Virus genome (UHGV): UHGV-0337752
Reading direction: 5' to 3' (one strand)
DNA length: 39,655 bases
DNA from: a virus
Notes under the pieces: model-generated
The model's database searches: none
Told to the model about the DNA's origin: nothing
What the model saw: only the letters and a program-made list of their open reading frames with translations
Made by a program: the position numbers and the translations under genes
In this document: piece by piece, positions 7,346-16,649 of the stretch
How positions within the stretch are numbered: the stretch's first letter is position 1
How the letters are laid out: the number at the start of each line of letters is the position of its first letter

Positions 7346-7583
7346 GAGGATACTTGATTATATCAAACTCTATATGTCCGAACATAACTATCCTCCTACT
7401 ACAAGAGAAATAGGGGATGGGGTTGGGTATACGTCCAGCTCCACCGTATGGGGATATTTACGTGATATGAGGGAGGTTGGATTGATTGACTATATGGATG
7501 AATGCCCAAGGACTATCACACTGCCTGTATGCCATTATGTTTTTAGGAAAGGAGATGTACTTGATTGCCAGATAATAAAATAA
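7329..7583 (+). CDS. LexA-type winged-HTH DNA-binding-domain protein lacking the peptidase S24 domain, 84 aa
   Basis: KRILDYIKLYMSEHNYPPTTREIGDGVGYTSSSTVWGYLRDMREVGLIDY matches the LexA N-terminal DNA-binding domain pattern. The ORF ends where the LexA linker would begin. RBS GGAGGAACCGC. Confidence 0.6.
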   Translation: MKEIHKRILDYIKLYMSEHNYPPTTREIGDGVGYTSSSTVWGYLRDMREVGLIDYMDECPRTITLPVCHYVFRKGDVLDCQIIK

Positions 7584-7967
7584 AAAATCAATACAGTGAT
7601 AATTCGGAACGCCAAAGAATGGCAGCGATTAAGGACATGGAGAAATATCCATCTCCAATGACTAAGGCATTTCTACGACCGGCATATGATAGGACTGAAA
7701 TATGTCCTGATTTTTCCAGGAGGCCAAGTAACCAAAATTAGCGTATTATTGATACTTATAAAAGATATTTATTATTTGCATATCAAGAATTTTATTCTAA
7801 AGGAGGTATGCATGATTGTTTATTAAAAACAAATGATTATAAAAAATTAAATGAAGAAGCTATTGATTATGCCGCTATGAATGATTATGACCATATCCAG
7901 TATTATGATTGTCAAACTGGTAATACTTTTGTATGGGATTATGAAAGACGTGAATGGAAGGATAGCG

Positions 7968-8213
7968 ATGAATAAAATTGATTTAAAAACAGTATATCCA
8001 TTAGAAAAACCACCTTTTGAAAAATGCCCTTATTGTGAGAACGAAGAATTTTATATTAAACAATATGCACATGGTAATGTTAATTATCATTATCGTTTCA
8101 ATGGTAAAGATGGAGAAAATGGAGAATTACATGAGCCATTATCTTATACAGATATTGGAAAATTTGCATATTGTTCTGAATGTCAGAAAAAATTATTTAA
8201 ATATCGAAATTAA
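7968..8213 (+). CDS. zinc-ribbon protein (CPYC...CSEC), about 81 aa
   Basis: Internal ATG of track ORF 7881-8213. The upstream part of that ORF is AT-rich and hydrophobic junk. Confidence 0.4.
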   Translation: MNKIDLKTVYPLEKPPFEKCPYCENEEFYIKQYAHGNVNYHYRFNGKDGENGELHEPLSYTDIGKFAYCSECQKKLFKYRN

Positions 8214-8225
8214 TGTGGAGGTATT

Positions 8226-8333
8226 ATGGTTTGCAAAGAATGTGAGAAGTGCTATAACTATATGGTATGCGAGAGTGGCTGTTATGGAAGTAATGAGCCA
8301 TGCGAATATTTTGTTTCAGATACAGACAATTAA
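8226..8333 (+). CDS. 35-aa Cys-rich mini-protein
   Basis: RBS GTGGAGGT then ATG. MVCKECEKCYNYMVCESGCYGSNEPCEYF... Confidence 0.3.
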   Translation: MVCKECEKCYNYMVCESGCYGSNEPCEYFVSDTDN

Positions 8334-8344
8334 CATTTGAGAAA

Positions 8345-8380
8345 TAAAAAAGAGCCTTGCGGCTCTGCCCGACGTTTTCG
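8345..8380. terminator. bidirectional rho-independent terminator-like hairpin
   Basis: AAAAAAGAGCC-TTGC-GGCTCT followed by GTTTTCG. On the minus strand the same stem is followed by TTTTTTATTTC. Confidence 0.4.
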
Positions 8381-8549
8381 CTGGCCTGTGCACCGGCCTG
8401 GAACCTAATCCGAGGGTGAGGAATTGCAACCTCACAAGGGTCTACTGACGGCTTTGCGTTCCCTGTTATTTAATTTTATTATAACAGCTTTTGATTGCAG
8501 CTTCAATAGTAACTTAACATTTCCGGGAGAACCGGAGGAAGGAAAGATT

Positions 8550-8873
8550 ATGACGGTCAGAGATGCAATTGAAGGATTTGAGATAGATAATGCGCTTTTG
8601 ACAGGAAAAGAAGATGGAACTGTAGAGCGTAATATCATGGCAATAGAAGCGCTTGAGGCAATGGATAACTATAGATGGATTCCGGTAGATGAGCGGACAC
8701 CAAAAACCAGTGGGGCTATGCGGGAGGATGAAAAACTCTTGATTTTATTGCCAGATGGAATGAGGACGGTATCGTTTTATATCAATACATCATCAGGAGG
8801 AAAGATGTTTTTTGATGGATGGGATTCATACAACCCAATTGCCTGGATGCCATTACCAGATAATCAAAACTGA
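8550..8873 (+). CDS. DUF551-like phage protein, about 107 aa
   Basis: RBS GGAGGAAGGAAAG before ATG 8550. C-terminal WMPLPDNQN resembles the conserved W-x-PLP tail of DUF551 prophage proteins. Confidence 0.45.
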   Translation: MTVRDAIEGFEIDNALLTGKEDGTVERNIMAIEALEAMDNYRWIPVDERTPKTSGAMREDEKLLILLPDGMRTVSFYINTSSGGKMFFDGWDSYNPIAWMPLPDNQN

Positions 8874-9141
8874 TATTTTCCAACCAAAGAAAAATAAATA
8901 GAGGAACAAATTATATGCACAGAATAAAAACTGAGCGGCGGACACCCGCCAAGATGACTCCACCGCTCCCGTAAATACGTCTGAGTATATTATACCTTAC
9001 TCAGACGTGAAAATCAATACGAATGAGGAGGATATAATTATGAGTACACAGACAATAAAAGCCGAAATAATCAACAATGTACTGGTAGCAATGTCCTTGT
9101 ATATTATGGAGTAGCAGACTCTTACCATACTAGAAAATGTA

Positions 9142-10086
9142 ATGCAAAATGAACTGGTTAGAGTAAACATGGAAGAAATAACTACTCTTCCGGCAGAAAG
9201 AAAAGATGATATAAGCCAGCGGAATCAGTACATAATACAATTGTTCCTAGTAAAGAAACGTGACTTAGCGAGAGGGACCAAAGAAAACTATCTTAACGCC
9301 ATACGAAGATTGCTGACAGAGATAAGCACAAAATCACTGGACCAGATGGACACCACAGATATTGATTGGTATTTATCGCGGTATGAAATTAGAAATGTGT
9401 CCAGTGGTGGTAAGAAAAACCAACCCAGCACTTATAATAACGAGCGCCGTTTTCTGTCAGCATTCTTTACATGGATGCGACTGGAAAAATTAATTATAGA
9501 TAATCCTGTAGAACCTATACCAGCTAAAAAGGTGCCAATTAAGCCTATAGACTATTACAGTCCAGAAGAATCAGCAAGACTAAGGGATGCGTGCAAAAAT
9601 ATCCGAGAAAGGGCATTACTAGAGGTTCTGCGTAGCACTGGGGCCAGGATAGGAGAAATTGCAGAAATAACTCTTGACCAGATAGATATGAGGACGGGTG
9701 ATATATTAATACAGGGAGAAAAAGGTGGTAGGTACCGCACTATATATCTGGATGATGATGCAAGATATTATTATGGACTATATTTAGATGGTAGGAAAGA
9801 TGATTGTAAATATATGTTCCCTCGTTCAAGGAAACCCTATGGAAAAATGACTACCTGTGGTTTTCGGTCCATAATAAAATCTATAGGAAAGAGGGCTGGG
9901 CTTACATGTAGGGTTTATCCGCACAAATCTAGAAAAACATTAGGAATGAATCTCAGAAATCATGGTGTAGACATAGGGACCATACAAGAGATTTTTGGAC
10001 ATGCAAGTTCAGAGGTAACAATGAAATTTTATGCCCAGACAGATAATAGAAGATTACGTAGCATTAGGGAACGAGTTAATGTATAG
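9142..10086 (+). CDS. tyrosine recombinase / integrase
   Basis: Catalytic-domain hallmarks: GARIGEI (Arg box), HKSRKT and GHASSEVTMKFYA (H-R-H-Y region). An alternative start exists at 9169. Confidence 0.75.
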   Translation: MQNELVRVNMEEITTLPAERKDDISQRNQYIIQLFLVKKRDLARGTKENYLNAIRRLLTEISTKSLDQMDTTDIDWYLSRYEIRNVSSGGKKNQPSTYNNERRFLSAFFTWMRLEKLIIDNPVEPIPAKKVPIKPIDYYSPEESARLRDACKNIRERALLEVLRSTGARIGEIAEITLDQIDMRTGDILIQGEKGGRYRTIYLDDDARYYYGLYLDGRKDDCKYMFPRSRKPYGKMTTCGFRSIIKSIGKRAGLTCRVYPHKSRKTLGMNLRNHGVDIGTIQEIFGHASSEVTMKFYAQTDNRRLRSIRERVNV

Positions 10087-10097
10087 GAAGGAGGGCC

Positions 10098-10400
10098 ATG
10101 AGAACCAGGGACAAGAACTATAGTGATTATGGCATTACCGATGGCGAAGCCAGACGCATAAAAGAATACTGCCAGACCGCCAGCGTAGAAGATAAGCTAA
10201 CATTGTTCCAGTGCGCCATATCCTCCGCTCCTGGCCTGGAGGTGGAGATATACGAAAGCCTTGTAAGTAATATCGGATATGACAAGATGAGTAAGCGAAA
10301 GAATATACCAATTAAACGGGATGATTTTTACGGGTATCAAAGAAAAACGTTGGATGAATATAGGCGGTTAATGACATTGTTTGGGAGGTGGAAAGGATGA
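10098..10400 (+). CDS. hypothetical protein, 100 aa
   Basis: RBS GGAAGGAGGG before ATG. Between the integrase and the XRE genes. Confidence 0.4.
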   Translation: MRTRDKNYSDYGITDGEARRIKEYCQTASVEDKLTLFQCAISSAPGLEVEIYESLVSNIGYDKMSKRKNIPIKRDDFYGYQRKTLDEYRRLMTLFGRWKG

Positions 10401-10651
10401 CAATTGGTCATATAAAGGCAAGCGAGTTATTACGAATTGGTGATAGCATTCGCATACTAAGAAAAAATAAGGGTTGGACGCAAAAAAAGCTTGCTATCGA
10501 AAGTGGCATTCACGAAGTACAGATTCGTAGATATGAAAATAACCATTCACTTCCCAGAGATGAACAATTGCAAAAGCTTACAAGTGCTTTGGGTGTAGAA
10601 ATAGATTTTTTCACACGAATGGAGAATATACAATATGGCAGGAATCAATAA
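10397..10651 (+). CDS. XRE-family HTH regulator
   Basis: GWTQKKLAIESGIHEVQIRRYENN is an HTH_3 signature. ATG 10397 sits about 10 nt after GGAGG. Confidence 0.6.
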   Translation: MTIGHIKASELLRIGDSIRILRKNKGWTQKKLAIESGIHEVQIRRYENNHSLPRDEQLQKLTSALGVEIDFFTRMENIQYGRNQ

Positions 10652-11078
10652 TTACATAAGAATAGGAAAAAGAATGAAACAAGCAAGGATAAAAACAGGT
10701 ATTTCACAAAAGGAAATGGCAATAAGACTTGGAATATCTCGTTCTTCTTACTCAAATTATGAAAATGAACATAGGGAACCAGACATTAACTTGATATATT
10801 TATTTTGTAAAGAAGTTAGTATGACGATAGATGAATTGATACGGATGGAGTTTATGGCAGTTGGTAAAAACTTCAAAATGAACATTGATACTGGAAAACA
10901 GATAAAAGAAGCAAGAGTAAAAGCAAAATTAACACAAGAAAAGTTGGCAGAAAAAGCAGAGATTTCCGTTTTTACCTTACAGAAATATGAATCAGACGAC
11001 CGGAATCCAAAAATTGAATCATTACAAAAAATAGCAAATGCGTTAGGTATTCCAATTACCAAACTTAAAAGTATGTAA
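10635..11078 (+). CDS. XRE-family regulator with two tandem HTH_3 domains
   Basis: ISQKEMAIRLGISRSSYSNYENEHREP and LTQEKLAEKAEISVFTLQKYESDDRNP. Confidence 0.6.
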   Translation: MAGINNYIRIGKRMKQARIKTGISQKEMAIRLGISRSSYSNYENEHREPDINLIYLFCKEVSMTIDELIRMEFMAVGKNFKMNIDTGKQIKEARVKAKLTQEKLAEKAEISVFTLQKYESDDRNPKIESLQKIANALGIPITKLKSM

Positions 11079-11161
11079 AAATGGAGGGACGGTTTGATTG
11101 CCATACTCATGGTAAAATTAGTATAGGACTATTATACCGTGTGAAGCACAAAGAATAAGGG

Positions 11162-11572
11162 GTGGTGATTGTGGCTTCCAGACTGACGGATAAGCAGAAA
11201 AAAGATATTATTGCTGATTATGTAGAGACTGGAAGCTACAATGCTACAGCAAAGAGATTTGGAGTGGCGCTGAACACAGTCAAAAAAATATGCACACAAA
11301 ATGCAGATATTGCACAAAAATGCAAACAAAAAAAGGAACAGAACACAGCGGACATGTTAGCTTATATGGATTCCCGAAAAGAACAGGCGCAGGGAATCAT
11401 TGATGAATATTTAAAGAAGTTAGCAGACCCAAAGAAATTAGAAAACGCTACTATTTCACAAATTGCAACAGCTATGGGAATTGTGGTTGATAAGTTTATG
11501 GATAACACTAAAAGGGGAGATAACACAGAAGGTATTACTATTTTGAATGATATACCAAAGGAAGAAAGGTAG
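11162..11572 (+). CDS. terminase small subunit (HTH-containing)
   Basis: N-terminal HTH LTDKQKKDIIADYVETGSYNATAKRFGVALNTVKKI. Lies immediately upstream of the large terminase. Confidence 0.5.
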   Translation: MVIVASRLTDKQKKDIIADYVETGSYNATAKRFGVALNTVKKICTQNADIAQKCKQKKEQNTADMLAYMDSRKEQAQGIIDEYLKKLADPKKLENATISQIATAMGIVVDKFMDNTKRGDNTEGITILNDIPKEER

Positions 11573-11582
11573 AACAAAGATT

Positions 11583-11986
11583 ATGGGTGAAATTGTTAAA
11601 CTGACTGACGTAATCGCCCCATCCTTCTATGACGTTCACTGGGATATTCTGGACGGTAATCATACATATTACGACCTGTACGGCGGGCGAGGTTCCGCAA
11701 AGTCCTCTTTTATATCAGCGGAGATTGTGCTAGGTATGATGGACGACCCAGAGGCCAATGCTGTTATATTCCGTAAATATGCCGTAACCATTGGAGAATC
11801 AGTATTTGAGCAGATACAGTGGGCCATAGATGCACTGGGAGTAACGGAATTATGGGAATCCCGTACAAGCCCATACCGATTTGTTTATAAGCCGACCGGG
11901 CAAAAGATAATATTCCGTGGACTTGACAAGGCAAAGAAAACAAAATCAATTAAAGCTAGTAAGGGATACTTCAAATATTTGTGGTT
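11583..11986 (+). CDS. terminase large subunit, exon 1 (ATPase, Walker A GGRGSAKS)
   Basis: PBSX/Terminase_3-like N-terminal domain. ATG 11583 follows AAAGGAAGAAAGG. The exon ends ...TATTTGTGGTT at the deduced 5-prime splice site. Confidence 0.65.
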
Positions 11987-12836
11987 AAACACTTCTGACC
12001 ACGTTAAACCCATTAAATTCAGGGAAACTCCTACAAAATAGGACAATCCTGAGCAAAGATTATTCGACATAATATTTAATAAATTCATCTTTTATGGTAT
12101 AATATAATAAACGAATTTAAGGAGAAAATACCATGAAAGAAATTTGGAGAATTATTAAAGGGTTTGAGGACTATGAGATTAGCAATACAGGAAGGGTAAA
12201 AAGTCATAAGCATGGCAGAGAAGTCATTTTAAAGCAAAGAGTATCGCATGATGGTTATGTATGGTACAACTTGTGCATGAATGGCAAACAGTACACAAAG
12301 CGAGCAAATAGGCTTGTGGCTGAGGCTTTTGTTAATAACCCAGAAAATAAACCTACAGTTAATCACATTGATGGAGATAAATCCAATAACAACGCAGACA
12401 ATTTAGAATGGGCTACCCGCGAGGAGCAAATGCAGCATGCTTATGCAAATGGCTTAAAAAAGCCAGTTCGAGGATATTTACAAGGGAATCATGTTTTGAG
12501 CGAAGATGAAGTGAGAGAAATTCGCAGAATTTATAAGGGACATGATAAAGAGTTTGGAATGAACGCTCTAGCAAAAAAATATAATGTAAGTCCTTCTGTA
12601 ATTGATAAATGCGTAAGAAGAAAAAGCTATAAGAATGTCGAATAATAATGTGCAACGACTATCGAAAGGTATGTTATAGAGAAATCTATAACTGAGAACG
12701 AGTAGAGTAAGCCTCAAGTGAGGTTGAAAAAGTGGGGTGAGTGGAATTGATAATAGATTCCATTTACATGATATAGTCTGAACACCATAGTAATATGGTG
12801 AGTGTATACGGAAACGGTATATGCGTAACAAAATTG
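11987..12836 (+). mobile_element. group I intron (about 850 nt) inside the terminase large subunit gene
   Basis: Exon 1 ends with U, which pairs with G of the intron guide GACCAC about 10 nt downstream (P1, U-G pair). The intron ends with G at 12836. Joining the exons restores W-F-EELDEF. The intron carries an HNH homing endonuclease ORF. Confidence 0.6.
12133..12645 (+). CDS. intron-encoded HNH homing endonuclease (NUMOD4 + HNH_3 + C-terminal HTH)
   Basis: FEDYEISNTGRVKS (NUMOD4), VNHIDGDKSNNNADNLEWAT (HNH_3). Own RBS AAGGAGAAAATACC and an upstream promoter-like TATAAT. Confidence 0.75.
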   Translation: MKEIWRIIKGFEDYEISNTGRVKSHKHGREVILKQRVSHDGYVWYNLCMNGKQYTKRANRLVAEAFVNNPENKPTVNHIDGDKSNNNADNLEWATREEQMQHAYANGLKKPVRGYLQGNHVLSEDEVREIRRIYKGHDKEFGMNALAKKYNVSPSVIDKCVRRKSYKNVE

Positions 12837-13674
12837 TGAAGAACTGGATGAATTTGCAGGACCGGAAGAAATACGAACTGTTGAGCAATCAGTATTGCGT
12901 GGTGGCAGCAAGTTTGTTGTATTTAAATCCTTCAACCCGCCTATCAGTCAAAGCAACTGGGCTAATCAGTATGTGAATACTCCAGACGATAGCGCGTATA
13001 GGCATAAAAGCGATTACCGTTCTGTGCCAATTGAATGGCTGGGGGAAATGTTTATTGAGCGCGCTGAACATCTTAAAGCCACCAATGAGCGGGCATACAA
13101 ACACGAGTATTTAGGTTTACCGGTTGGGCTTGGTACAAATATATTTGATATGCTGGATGTGAGGACCATTACGGATGATGAAATCAAGGGATATCAAAGC
13201 ATATACCAGGGGCAAGACTGGGGCTGGTTCCCGGACCCAAAAGCATTTATCAGGGCTGCATACATACCAAACAAGGAATTGGTTGTGTTGCTTGATGAAA
13301 TGGGCGGCTGTAAAATCCGTAATAGTAAGATGGCGGAGTATATACGGGCGGCTGGGTACGATGATTATACAATCTATTGTGGTGTCGATGAAGAAGAAAG
13401 CATTATAGACTTCCGTGACGCTGGTTTACCGGCACGTAAAGCCATTGTAACACCAGGAAGCAGGAAATATACCTTTGAATGGTTGCAGTGCCGTACAATT
13501 GTTATAGACCCGGCACGCACGCCACGGGCATACAAAGAAATCATAGAATATGAGCATGAGGTTGACCGCAACGGTGAGGTGATATCGGATTACCCGGATG
13601 GAAACGACCACTGGATTGATGCACTTCGCTATGCCACAAGCCCATTATCAATGAGAAGGGGGAACAGCGCATGA
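12837..13674 (+). CDS. terminase large subunit, exon 2 (nuclease domain)
   Basis: EELDEFAGPEE...LRGG...SFNPP then QGQDWGW...DGNDHWIDALRYA, the terminase nuclease signature. The frame is open upstream of track ORF 12895. Confidence 0.65.
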
Positions 13675-13892
13675 CAGAATATAGCAAAAAGCGAATAGGG
13701 CAATTTTTGAAAAAGTATGTTGATATTTCCCCTGGTCATTCATACACAGAGGAATGTGTTATACGGCAAGGAATAAACGAACTAACATCAAACTGCATCT
13801 ATACACCTAAAGGATTGCAGAGACAGATATTAAGGGAACAATCGGTATTGTTGCCTTTGAGCTATATAGAAAATTGTGCAAGATATAGGTGA
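13671..13892 (+). CDS. hypothetical protein, 73 aa
   Basis: ATGA overlap with the terminase stop. No domain recognised. Confidence 0.35.
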   Translation: MTEYSKKRIGQFLKKYVDISPGHSYTEECVIRQGINELTSNCIYTPKGLQRQILREQSVLLPLSYIENCARYR

Positions 13893-13896
13893 CTAA

Positions 13897-15324
13897 ATGG
13901 GACTAATAACATGGGCTAAAAAGGTGATAGGAATGATATTCAAGCGACAGGCAGAAGAAGATTTTAATGTTGAATCAGTGGTATCCCCGGAGATGGAAAG
14001 CAAGATTGCAGAGTGCGCCAATATCTACCGGGGTACTCCCTATTGGGTAAATACTGACGATAACGTTAAGACAATCAATTTTGCAAAGGCTATATGCTCG
14101 GAGACGGCCCGGCTTACTACCTTGGCAATCGGAATACAAATTGATGGGAGCGCGCGGGCGGCATGGCTCCAGGAGCAGATTGACAAGATATATTTCCAGA
14201 TTCGCCACTGGGTAGAATATGGTATGGCCTACGGTACAATCATCCTTAAGCCAAACGGTAAGGGACTGGACATATTCACACCGATGGATTTTATCATTAC
14301 GGATTGCGACAATGAAGGTATCTATGGAATCGTATTCAAAGATAGTTACAGCGAGAACGATAAATACTATACTCGGTTTGAGTATCATCGGTTTGTTGAG
14401 GTCAAGGACGGGGAAAACACTCATTACCCATATTACATATCCAATAGAGCTTATGTGTCCCGTTCTGCAAAAAGTGTGGGGGACCCGATAGCATTAAACA
14501 GGACTAAGTGGTCCGACTTACTTCCAGAGACTCCACCTATACTTAAAGCAAATAATGAGAAAATAGATGGTCCCATGTTTGGCATACTACGCACTCCACA
14601 GGCTAATAATTTGGATATTTCATCACCTTTAGGATTGCCAATATATGCCGAGGCCATAGAGGAATTAAAGGACCTTGATGTGGCGTATAGTAGGAATGTG
14701 GGTGAAATATTTGACAGTGAAAAGATTATTTTAGTTGATGACCGATTGATGCTTAAAAGTGGACAGAATTTAAAGAATTCAAGAATATCGGATATTAAAC
14801 TTCCACACTATGCAATAAATGTATTTGGAGATGGAGCAGAAAACTTTTATCGAGAAATAGTCCCTTCATTAAACACTGATACCAGGATTACAGGCATTAA
14901 TAATCTTCTTTCGTTTGTTGGATTTAAGTGTGGATATTCCAACGGGTACTTTGTGCTTGATGAAAAAACAGGTATGGTCACAGCAACGCAGGTAGAAGCT
15001 GATGACCGCCGCACTATCCAATTAATCAAGGATGTGCGCGACAAACTGGAAAGTTGTCTTGACGGGGCAATATATGCACTTAATGTATATGCGGACCTGT
15101 ACGGACTGGCACCCGCCGGCAACTACGAAATAACATATGATTTTGGTGACATTACATATAACCGCGAGGAGGACCGGGCAAGATGGTGGCAGTATGTTGT
15201 GCAGGGAAAGGTACCGGCATGGATGTATTTTCGGAAGTTTGAAGGATTATCCGAAGAAGATGCAAAGGCTATGGTACAGGAAGCACAGCCGAAGAATGGA
15301 CCGAGGATGTTTGAGGAGGAATAA
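13897..15324 (+). CDS. portal protein
   Basis: 475 aa, immediately after the terminase. Size, position and acidic C-terminus are typical of SPP1-like portals. Confidence 0.55.
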   Translation: MGLITWAKKVIGMIFKRQAEEDFNVESVVSPEMESKIAECANIYRGTPYWVNTDDNVKTINFAKAICSETARLTTLAIGIQIDGSARAAWLQEQIDKIYFQIRHWVEYGMAYGTIILKPNGKGLDIFTPMDFIITDCDNEGIYGIVFKDSYSENDKYYTRFEYHRFVEVKDGENTHYPYYISNRAYVSRSAKSVGDPIALNRTKWSDLLPETPPILKANNEKIDGPMFGILRTPQANNLDISSPLGLPIYAEAIEELKDLDVAYSRNVGEIFDSEKIILVDDRLMLKSGQNLKNSRISDIKLPHYAINVFGDGAENFYREIVPSLNTDTRITGINNLLSFVGFKCGYSNGYFVLDEKTGMVTATQVEADDRRTIQLIKDVRDKLESCLDGAIYALNVYADLYGLAPAGNYEITYDFGDITYNREEDRARWWQYVVQGKVPAWMYFRKFEGLSEEDAKAMVQEAQPKNGPRMFEEE

Positions 15325-15430
15325 ATTGAGAAGCTTATTAATTTGGATAGTATTTAATATACCACTTGGTCCATTTGCCCCGAAAGTGTTTGAATGGTCG
15401 ATTAGACATAAGGGAAAGAAGGAAGAGTAA

Positions 15431-16648
15431 ATGTTAAGCCCTGATTACCTTGCAAGAATCGCAGAAGGAAGCGAAGAAATAGCCTCACAGCTCCATACAT
15501 ACATTATCCGTCAGATAATAGACCGCATGATGATACGCATAGGCCGTGGTGAAGATTACCTGCTAACCTCCTCTGACCGATGGCGCATACAGATATTACA
15601 GGATGCAGGATATCTGCTGGAGGATATAACGGCAGAGTTATCCAAGGTTACTAAACGCCAGGAAAAAGAAATCAAGGCAGCAATGGAAGAAGCTGGAGTC
15701 AAGGCCCTTGAATACGACCATAAAATATATGAGGCTGCTGGTTTGTCTCCAACACCGCTTACACAATCTCCGCAGCTTATTAGGCTAATGGAGCGAAGCA
15801 TGAATGCCACAATGGGGGAGTGGGAAAACTATACCAGGACAACTGCAGAAGCCGCACAAAGGCTTTTTATAAATGAGTGCGATAATGCCTACCATATTGT
15901 ATCTTCTGGGGCTGTATCGTACAGACAGGCCGTCAAAGAGGCAGTTGATAATGTGGTATCTGATGGAGTGATAGTACATTATCCTTCGGGCCACAAAGAT
16001 ACCATAGAGACCGCTACAGCGCGTGCAGTACGTACCGGAGTGGCCCAGGCTACAGGTGATATCTCTATTAAACGCATGGAGGAAATGGACTGGGATATCA
16101 TACTGGTGTCGGCGCACATCGGGGCCAGAACTGGGGACGGAGGGCAGAATCCAGGTAATCATTTGTGGTGGCAAGGGCAGTTTTACAGCAGGACCGGAAA
16201 GGATAAGCGCTTTCCTCCGTTTACTCAGACTGGCTATGGAACAGGTGAAGGGTTATGTGGATGGAACTGCCGTCATAGTTTCGGCAGTGGAGATGGGGTA
16301 AACAATCCATACAAACGCATCCAAACCGCAGACAATTACAAGGTTGAGCAGCTGGAGAAGCGGCAGCGAACGCTTGAACGGCGCATCAGAAAGACCAAAC
16401 GCGAAGTTATGGGGATGCAAGAGGCCGTGGATAAATGCAAGGACGAATCAGTTAAATTTGAAATGCAGCTTGACCTTGACCGCAAGTCGTATCTGTTACA
16501 GCGGCAGAATAAGGCATATAACGAATTTTGTAAAACGAATGACTTGCGCACCCAGCAGGAACGGCTACAGATTGCCAGATGGAACCGGGAGCAAGCGGCA
16601 AAGGCCAGGGGAGCATCAAAACGATATGAAAATGCGAAAGGAAAATAA
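15431..16648 (+). CDS. minor head / head morphogenesis protein (Mu F / SPP1 gp7-like)
   Basis: Follows the portal. C-terminal WNCRHSF resembles the conserved NCRC motif of the Mu F family. Basic coiled-coil tail. Confidence 0.55.
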   Translation: MLSPDYLARIAEGSEEIASQLHTYIIRQIIDRMMIRIGRGEDYLLTSSDRWRIQILQDAGYLLEDITAELSKVTKRQEKEIKAAMEEAGVKALEYDHKIYEAAGLSPTPLTQSPQLIRLMERSMNATMGEWENYTRTTAEAAQRLFINECDNAYHIVSSGAVSYRQAVKEAVDNVVSDGVIVHYPSGHKDTIETATARAVRTGVAQATGDISIKRMEEMDWDIILVSAHIGARTGDGGQNPGNHLWWQGQFYSRTGKDKRFPPFTQTGYGTGEGLCGWNCRHSFGSGDGVNNPYKRIQTADNYKVEQLEKRQRTLERRIRKTKREVMGMQEAVDKCKDESVKFEMQLDLDRKSYLLQRQNKAYNEFCKTNDLRTQQERLQIARWNREQAAKARGASKRYENAKGK

Positions 16649-16649
16649 A

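Noticed and set aside
7808-7975. 55-aa ORF MHDCLLKTNDYKK... in the AT-rich region
   Set aside because: The ATG is only 1 nt after the AGGAGG (spacing too short) and the ORF overlaps the better-supported 7968 start. Coding status is doubtful.
8017-8340. 107-aa ORF in the AT-rich region
   Set aside because: Ile/Asn/Met-rich junk translation overlapping two better-supported Cys-rich ORFs with strong RBSs in other frames.
15137-15430. 97-aa Arg-rich ORF overlapping the portal 3-prime end
   Set aside because: Out-of-frame overlap with the portal gene and no RBS. The gap before the minor head gene is better explained as intergenic.
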